A stretch of DNA of 64,000 nucleotides from Podarcis erhardii. Its lineage: Eukaryota. The stretch's first letter is position 1, and the number at the start of each line of letters is the position of its first letter. Shown here piece by piece: positions 48,901 through 57,900 of the stretch. The DNA is taken from assembly GCA_964252035.1 (NCBI GenBank), contig OZ176200.1. One strand, given 5' to 3'. The notes beneath the pieces are model-generated. The model saw only the letters and a list, made by a program, of their open reading frames with translations. It was not told where the DNA came from and made no database searches. Made by a program: the position numbers and the translations under genes.

Positions 48901-51900
48901 GGCAGTGCCTGCTAATGGCTCAGAAACTGAAATGGATCTATATATGGTATGAGGAAGAGATTTGGCACTTGACATGGCTTATCATCTCTCCCTGTTTGCC
49001 TCCCTGCATCGCTACATTTCTAGAATAAAAGGGGTTCTTAACGGGGGTTTTTAAAATATGTGTGTGTGTTGAATTTATCAAAAGTCGCATTAGTGTAGCC
49101 AAAAGCACCACTACCAAAGAGATAATCACATCGCTATCATTACATCATTTGTTGGGTTCTTAATTACCATTCCCTTAATCACCAGCAACCAGTCTCTCTT
49201 TCACATCATCCTTATGGATGAGGATGACTACCTACCTCTGATTGTGCTTCTGTATTCTATAGATTCTCCAGATTTGCCTGCCTAAAGTTGTTTAATAATC
49301 ATAGAATCATAGAGTTGGAAAGGATCCCGAGGGTCATCTAGTCCAGCCCCCTGCAATGCAGGAATCCTGCCCACAGCCATCCCTGGGAGGTCTTGAGCCC
49401 TCGATCTTCTGGTTAACAGTCAGATGCACTGACCTCAGGAATAGGTGGATATAAGAACGTATGAAGACCCCAGCTGGGCCAGACCAATGGCCTATCTAGT
49501 CCAGCATTCTGTCTCCACAGTAGCCAGCTAGAGAAAAAAAATCTTTGTATCCATTTACTCTACACCATACATAATTATATATTCCTGGATGATGCACTCC
49601 CTTTACTTTACTTTTCTAAACTAAAATCCCCAAACGTGGATGGTGGCATCGAAACCCTGCTATTTCTCCCCATTAATCTAGGCCTTGGTGGGAACAATAT
49701 AGGCCCCTGTCTATATGACAATCACAACCTCCCGTGACTGTCTCCACCTTTACCTACACTAAGTAGGTCTCCTCTGTGTGTGGGTGAAATCAAACATTCA
49801 GATGAAACGGCAATTTCCCATCCAATGGTCCTGTCTCGGTTTGGCTAATTTACATAAAGCGCAATCAAGCCTCAGTAGAGCACTTTTATGTCCCACTAAT
49901 CTCAAAAGGATTCATTTTAAGCAGGTGCTTAATCTTCCCTTGAAGTAAATGGAACTCAGAAGTGCTTAATATTAGCTCAGTTGCACCCATAAGTTATAAA
50001 TTTGGATTTGGGTTATCCAGGATTCGGAGGGCTTAAATGACTCGCTTGGTCATGGCAATTTCTTCGCTAGCCCATACCACGACTGGTATTCCTTTTGAAA
50101 TGAAAGGTGATATAGGCATTATTTTAATAACAGTTTAAATAATATTGCCATGTGTCAGAAGAGTGAGTGCAGCCCACTGTGCTTGCATTGTTGTTTTTTT
50201 AAGTGCCACAATTGATGCCCCAATTAAATGGGCATCTCTCAGAGTTTGGTGTTGGAGGGCCCAGTACTGATGCCATTGGCTTCATGCAAAACAGGGTCAG
50301 CTCCAGGCCAAAGGAAAACAGCAAACTCTGGGGAGGGGAGGAGCTATGGAGACTCTGCTCTCTATGCTGATTGGGGAGTGGGAAGCCTGGGACAGCAGCG
50401 GATACCTACCTATGCAGCCCATTGTCCTCATAGCAACATTTTAGGAGAGCGAAGGCAGGAGGTGATGGGGAAGGGGAAGATACTGCAGCAGAGGAAGCAG
50501 TAGGAGAGACAATGGCAGTATAGTGTGGGTGGCTTCAGAGGGTATAGAGAGTGCAGTGGGGGCTGTGGATGGAGGGTGCCATGACATCAGGGATCGGGAC
50601 TGTGATGATGGGGCTCGGGAAAGTTTCGGTGGTGCCTCGGAATCAATGACTTAAGAGGTTGAGGGTTCAGCGAGGGATTATGACTGGAGAGTAGGGGGGA
50701 AGAGATGGTCCCAGCATAATGGCCCTTGCACCCCACTCCACGGCCCCATGGCTACTTACACGTGCAAGGAGAGGGCACGGCCCCGGTACAGGCTGAAGGC
50801 ACTGCCGTAGGGGTCGCTCCCCAGAGACAGGCTGTCCTCGGACCCCGGGGCCACGCCAATCAGCTCCGCCCGTGATGCCCGCACCAGCGGCTCCACCCCC
50901 AGGTGCCGGGCCTCGGCAGGTGCTTGCCTTGGAATGCTGGGGTGCAGGTAGGGTCCCCTCACCGTGGGGCCAGCCTCTGGGTCCTTCTCCAACACCGTGG
51001 TCTGGCTCCCTGACCAGTTGGAGTGCTCATCTGTCTGGGACAGGCCTGGCACTGAGGTCGGCGTGGTCTTCATGGAGGCATCCACCAGCGTGTCCGACTC
51101 CCCTGCAAGGAAAGACAGACATGGACTGATTGAGGGGGCTGGGAAGCCCCCCATCTCCCTTGCATCAGATCGGGGCCTGGTAACCCGAGATTCTATCGAT
51201 ATTGTTTAATTTAGGAGGCTGTAAAGTATCAGTTTCTTGGAGCGTGCAGTGCCACTGCATATATCATGGGTTAGCGTCAGGCCGTGTTCTTGAGGGCTAA
51301 GAATAAGCATTTTTCTCTCAGCTGGAAAGGACAAAGAAGAGGGGCGAAGAAGGAAAAGAAGACAAGGCCAGGTTGGTCACTTAATAACTCAACTCAGCCA
51401 CCAAGATGATGCGGCCAGAGTGAAGGGAAACACAATTATGCAACGCACAAGGTCAGGCATTTGCAGTGAAGGAAGGAGAGACGGACAATTTCTTATTGCA
51501 ATGATATAAATGAATATTCATGTAGCTCTTTTAACATGCACAGTGCATTGCAATCATTGACTTGTTTATCCTGCTTTGCAAGGTAGATCATTGTTCCCCC
51601 AACTTTTTAGAGACTAGCTTACCCAAGACTACCTACTGAAAGAAGAGCAGAGATGGAAGGCCAGAACCGCAGTGCTCTGTGCCAGGCACTGAAGACAACT
51701 TCATTGGGGATAAATGAAACTGAAAATGGGAGCTGAAGCCTTGTGTTGTTGTCCCCGGAACCGCCTGAAAAGAGGTACCGGGATGATTAAAACAATGGGA
51801 AACCTCTTTTGTGATGGAAAACTGGGACCTGTTTTTTGGTTCAGTAAAAAGAATGTGAGAGAATAGGACTGCATTTTTTTTAAAGAGACTCTTCGAGAGG

Positions 51901-52236
51901 AAAGAACGATTTAAACTAAAGGAGATTGTGGAAAGGCAAACAGGTGGCTAAAAGTTGCCCAATGAAAAACTGAGGTTGGAAAGCCAAAGAAGGTTGCTAA
52001 CAGTGAAAAGTGCATGGGGAATAATCTCATACATTTACTCAAAAGAATGAATGGAAACTATTCACCTGCTTAGGTGGGTGCTCTCAGGGAAATAAACCTG
52101 ACTCCCCACACTGCTGACTTCTGAGAATCCAGCTTGCTCCTATCTGCATAAACATGTGCACAGCTCCATCCTGAGTTCTGTTTCTTTGTCACCCGGGAGT
52201 GTGACTGGCTTTTTTATACAGTATAATGTTATGCAG

Positions 52237-52289
<53 letters not shown>

Positions 52290-54924
52290 CATCGACACTT
52301 AAACCCTGCTCATTAAAGATTCCAAGTGTTGCGCAATTCAGAATACAGCCCCCATTAAGCACAATTTGCTAAGTGGGATGCATGATCAACCAAGGGCTCT
52401 ATCTCCCCCTGCCCCATTTGCCTAGTCATTCTGTGGAAGGTGCATGAACACCGTCTGAAGTGACTGGGTACTGAATGAACCTAGTATGAGGAGGCTATAG
52501 TTAAAGCCTGCGATTTTTCAGTTTTATTTCTGTGGAATCTAATGGCCTTTATGCTTTGCTGAGTCCTCTTCTGATATAAAGTTGCCCTCTTTATTAAATT
52601 AATGTTCTGCGTCGGTTAATGTCCCCTTCTTCCAGGAAAAGGTGACGTCAGGTTGGCTATGTCTCCGGGGAGCAGTAATTCTCATGCTCCAATGGTAGCT
52701 GCCTGCGAAAAGGAACCCTGAAGGAGAGTTAAACTCTTTGGCCAATGATCCAAAAAAGCTGGACACTCAGGGACAGAAGACGCCCCTGCTCATAGGATTC
52801 ATGGTGAACAAATCGGGGGGGGGGGGCTATTTGTGTTGGCATGGTATATGTGACATACCACTCTTGCCTCAGAAAGGGCCAGGCAGCAGGGAGGCTACAG
52901 TCTCAGGATTGTGAGGGGATTTGGGGGCAGAATTGCTGGGGCACCAGCAGCAACATCTTTGGTTTGAAATATAGTTCCATGCCCATTCTGCTCAGAATGC
53001 TTGCCAAACCTCTCCATTCACCTGCCTTCTTCTCCTCACCTGTCGGGGAGCTATAGGTGGTCTCATCCTGGAGCTGGCTGCGTTGGGTCACCTGTGTGCT
53101 GCTGGCATCATCTTCTCCCGTCTCCGAGTCTGAAGCAAGAGAAAGGACAAGGTGAGGGGAGGACCTTGATCAACAGGTCAGTCCACACCTTCGCCTTGGG
53201 TGCTTGTACCCATCCATCAAAACTGTATGGCAGAGTCACAAACAGATCCTGCGCGACTCAGAAGTCCCAAGTAAGATCTTGAAAATTCAGCTCTCAGTAA
53301 AGGGGTGGCCGGATTGATTCCTTTATTGGTGTTATGAAAAGAAGGTACAATATAAAAATTGAATTGCATAAAATAATTACTCATTATTGGAAATAATTGT
53401 CTATATTTTTGGTGATTCTTTTTTCATAAGTGTGTACTAAAGTATGGGGGGCACAGAGGAAAAACATACAAAATGGTGTCAGATGTGCTGCTGCAGCAGA
53501 GATGCTCTTAAACCACCGTCAATGCTCAGCTTTAGAATATCCTGGAGCAGGGCTCTGTTATGCTCACAGTTATATTGTTGTAGCATTGGAAAAGCATTGA
53601 ACAATATTTGTTTTAGGGTTGTATTTGTGGCATTCTAGGTCATTTTATACATTAGTATGGTTTTATTTTGGGCTAAGGCTTATCACGGATCATTTTGAAT
53701 GCTCTGAATGTAATGAAAGACATGATGGCTGATCACTAAATACAATGAAATTAATCTGATTCTAAGAAGCATTCTCTTTGTGGAGTTTCCATTTTCTTTC
53801 AGGGCTTCCCTGATTTGCAATATGCCCAACAGCAATGACCTGGAGTCTACCATATTCAGGGAAAGGCATCAAATGGCAAACTGTGTTGACTCAGTCATGT
53901 GCAGGAACATATGCAGTCTATCCAGGGCCCTGCACAACCAGTGGCATCCTTGCAGTGCAGGTTTCAACTCACAATAATTTGCCACCCTCTCAGGATCTAG
54001 ATACTCAGGGCAGCCATAGTGCCTAGAGGAAAACAAATACCAAAGCTGCAAGTAAGGGAGCCTGGAAGGCCCATTCCTTCTCCCTTGAAAAGAGCCCAAG
54101 GGAGGAGGTGATTTGTATCTCTGTGATTCTACCTCTGTGGAATTCCAGAACTTTGCCTGCTAGGTAAACAAGGGCCCTGAACATTGGAAGAGGCAAGTGG
54201 AATGGGGGGGGGGGTGACCTCTCCCTTTCTTCTTGCATTTCCCTAGATGCAAATTACTGCCTCAGAAGCCACACTTTGCAAGGGAAAATGGGCTTTCATG
54301 GCAAAACTTCATATTATAGACATATTTTCTCTTTTAAAAAAATGAAAGTCAGGCTGCAATCTGGATCAGAAGACCTGTGGGTGGGAAAGAGATGCTTTTC
54401 CCCGGCAGCCATTTTTCTGCTTATAATTGCCTTTCCCCTCCCCCTGCTGCTTTCCTCTCCACAGGGAGAAAGATACGGGAGGGGGGCTGTATCTTCTTCC
54501 CTGCAGGTGGAAAGAGTAGTTTAATGGGAACTAATCTGAGTGGGAAAACACGCTGGTGGGGAATACCTTAAGCCTTCCCAAGCCACCATTCCTTTACGCC
54601 CAATTACAGCCTCCTGAAATTGCTTTTTAAATATATATATATCTGAAAAAGTTACATGCCACTACATATTGACATGTAGGTTATCATTCTGCCCCCTTGG
54701 TTCAACAGCAACCTCAGAGAGATTCCATGGAAGCATGACAGATTGCTCCCAAGTACAGCCTGGATTGCACATCCCCAAAGAAGGACTGGATAAAAATATA
54801 CATAAATTAGTAAGTCTTTGGAGTCAAATACTGAGAGCCCAGGAGTCTGCCCCTCTTGGGCATGGTGGCTCCTCCATAAAAAAAGGAAAGGAAAGGGAGA
54901 GAGGGAGAGAGGGAGAGAGGGGCA

Positions 54925-54958
<34 letters not shown>

Positions 54959-57900
54959 AGCTCATTTTTCTGGCAGCTGCAGCTCTCCGTAGGAGCCTTT
55001 ACCCCACAGCTAAGAAAACCACAGGGAGAGTCGTGAGTGACGCTTGACAGATCAGTGTGGCAGCAAATCGACTGGCAGGTTGAAGAAAGGCCAACAACAC
55101 AGCCATGCCAGGTGAACGGAAGTCAAACAAAAAAATTTGGGCCTTTGAGAGCCCTGCTCCTTTTGGGGAGAGGACTTGAAGTGCTGGTGCGTGTGTGAGA
55201 TTTATTTTATTTTTATTTTAGCAGAATAATAGCTGGAAGGGAATGTGTCAAGCTGCTCCCACAACTGTACCTCCTCAAAGTCTGCTTTCGGTTAAAAAGA
55301 GAGAATGTTGGGGGCAGGAGGGGATCCATGTACAGCGTTGCATGTCCATCTCCATGGGAAATCGAGTCAGCCCATAATAGCAAGATTCGCGTGGAGAGAC
55401 AGAGAGAACCTTCTGCCATGTACTAGTAGCGCAGGGAAGGGCTGGTGGCAGCGTGGGAAGGGAAGATGATCAGGCCAGTCATACAGAGAAGCAAAAGGAT
55501 GCCCACCAAATTCTGCTAGAATAGGATGAGCCCCGCAAAGGAAGAGAGCAGCAGCAGCAGCAGGATGAAGACGAGGCATGGAGAGAGCCAGGAGGGTAGG
55601 CTGGGAGGGGGTGTGGGATGAGATGCAGCTTGGGAAGAGAAAAGCATGAGGCAGCACAATTTCCTACCGTAACTTTGCTTTCTGCAGGAGCGGAAAACTT
55701 CGCTTCCATAGGGGCAGCAAGAAAGAGAGACACACGTCAACAAAGCGTTACCGCCCAAATCAGCCCAGGCCCTCAAATATTCCAACATGTGATGGAAGAG
55801 GGGATTTATAGCCTCTGGCCCATGAAACCCATTGAAATTTGGGAGAATGCAAGTGGACAAGAAGGCAAGGCATACGGACATAACCTAAATGGTAGAAGGT
55901 GCCGCTCTGCCATTGAAACTCATAAGGACCTGCCTGGGGAGTGAAATCTAGCAGGAAACTAAATTAAAAACTTGGGCTGGGGTGGGTGGGGTTGCAACAG
56001 CCATTTCTCTAATAATCCCCACATGTTTCAAGACCCGTGTTCAAAACGCCGAGCACCAGTAATATCTTCTCCACTTCCCCAAGCCACAACCCTCTCATTC
56101 CCTTTCCCCCAAGCTGCAGCCTCCACCTATGTCACAGCAACTGAAGTGCCAACTGATGAAAGGAAACCTTGCTGGGCGGCAACAAAAGCCCCCTATTATG
56201 TGACTATATAGAGCTTAACTTGCAGGATCAGATCAAGATCCACCTACTCCAGCATTTATGGTTCCCAAATGGTAGCTAACCACAAATCCCACCCCCTTCC
56301 ACCACCCACCCCCAGCAAACTCACAATCAGGACATTAACTTGAGGGCCAACCTCTGTATTTTGTCCCTAGCATCTGGTAATAAAAGATACATTGCCTCTG
56401 AACAAGCACATTTTATATTTAGTTATTATAGTTAATGGCAACAGATAGGCCTACCCTCTCTGAATTTATGGAATGCATCTTAAAGCCACCTAAGCTATGG
56501 ACCAGCACTATGTACCATCCTAGGGAATTCTATATGGACATCATCTTGCCTGTCCTAAATATATTACCAATGGGTGGCATCAAGTTTCCAGCTTCAGAAC
56601 AGTGCAGGCGATTAAACCAACTTCAAACTATGGTTTAATATCCTGACTTGTTCCAAAGCTGGTAACCATTGTTTCCTGGTTTGGACAAAATAGGAAACAA
56701 TGCTTTAAGTAGCAAGCTTGTTTGCTCAAACATAAAGGGAGGGGCCAAGAGGCTGTGTGTGTGAGCAAGAGATAGGATTCAGCTGAGACAGGGTAATCCA
56801 AATGTCATAAATGTCATAAATGTGATTCTGCACAAAGCAATTCAACCTGTCTGAAATATCTGTCTTTTGGTCCTTCTTTATATAAAACACACACAACACG
56901 CCACCGTATCATAGTGCACAGCTTCCCTTTGGATCCCCCCTTTTGGCAATGTTGCCTCCTTATTCTAAAAAGGGCAGGGCTTCTATCCCTTGTAGAGATC
57001 TGAGACAGGTCAACTTTGCGAAGGTGTAGTTTCTCCCATCATTGCAACCTTGTAGAAGAAACTATACATGTAAAATGTCACTTGTTAACGGAACAGAAAC
57101 CTTTGCCTTTGTAGAATATGTACAGCTCCCAAGGTCTACAAACTGAGCTCTAACTTCTATCAGCTAAGCTCATCGCACCCCCGCAATCTACCTCCCAAAG
57201 TGGGTGCAGGAGGAGGTTGCTATGGACAGGCGTAGGGAATCTTTGGCCCACCAGATGCAGCTGAATTACAACTCCCATCAGCCCTAGGCCATTGATAACG
57301 GGAGCTGTACTTCAGCACATCTGTAGGGCCAAAGGTTCCCCACACCTGGAATAGGCTAGTCATACCCCCCGCAACCCCAGCTAGAGTCTTTTTCTATTTG
57401 CCTATTCTCCCCCCCCACCAGCCCCCAACATATCAGGAAAGCCTCTGGCAGGAAAGGGCAGAAGTAATACAACGCACCATGCGTGAAGCGCCCAAAACGC
57501 CGCGAGTGGCCACCTTTCTGCAAAGGAAAAAGAAAAGGAAAAAGCATTACCTTCGACTGGGAGAGGGGGAGATAGTGGAAATATGGTGACGGGGCAGTGC
57601 TCACGGGATATAGTCATCAATCACCACAGAGACCAGAACCCCAGCAGGAGGCCAGGGGAAAGGCTTCAGGGGAAAGGCATTCCACCTACTTCTGAATTTG
57701 CCACCAGGGCAAAAAGTGTATCAGCCCCCTACTGCACCATCTACACCAAGCCTTGCAAGGCATGGGATCCACCAGAGCCAAGCACAATGGTCACACCCAC
57801 ACCATACAATTAGTGTGCATGGCTCCTGGGAACTGTAGTTTGATCAGGGTCCTGGGAACTGTAGCACTCTGAGAGGTAGACTGCAGATTTCAGGAGTCTC

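Noticed and set aside
53320-53329. Single CArG box CCTTTATTGG
   Set aside because: Isolated; several are expected by chance in 64 kb.
55665-55710. Possible extra exon between exon 2 and the DSET exon (ACG|GTAGGA donor)
   Set aside because: The candidate acceptors give 14 or 35 nt; neither preserves phase.
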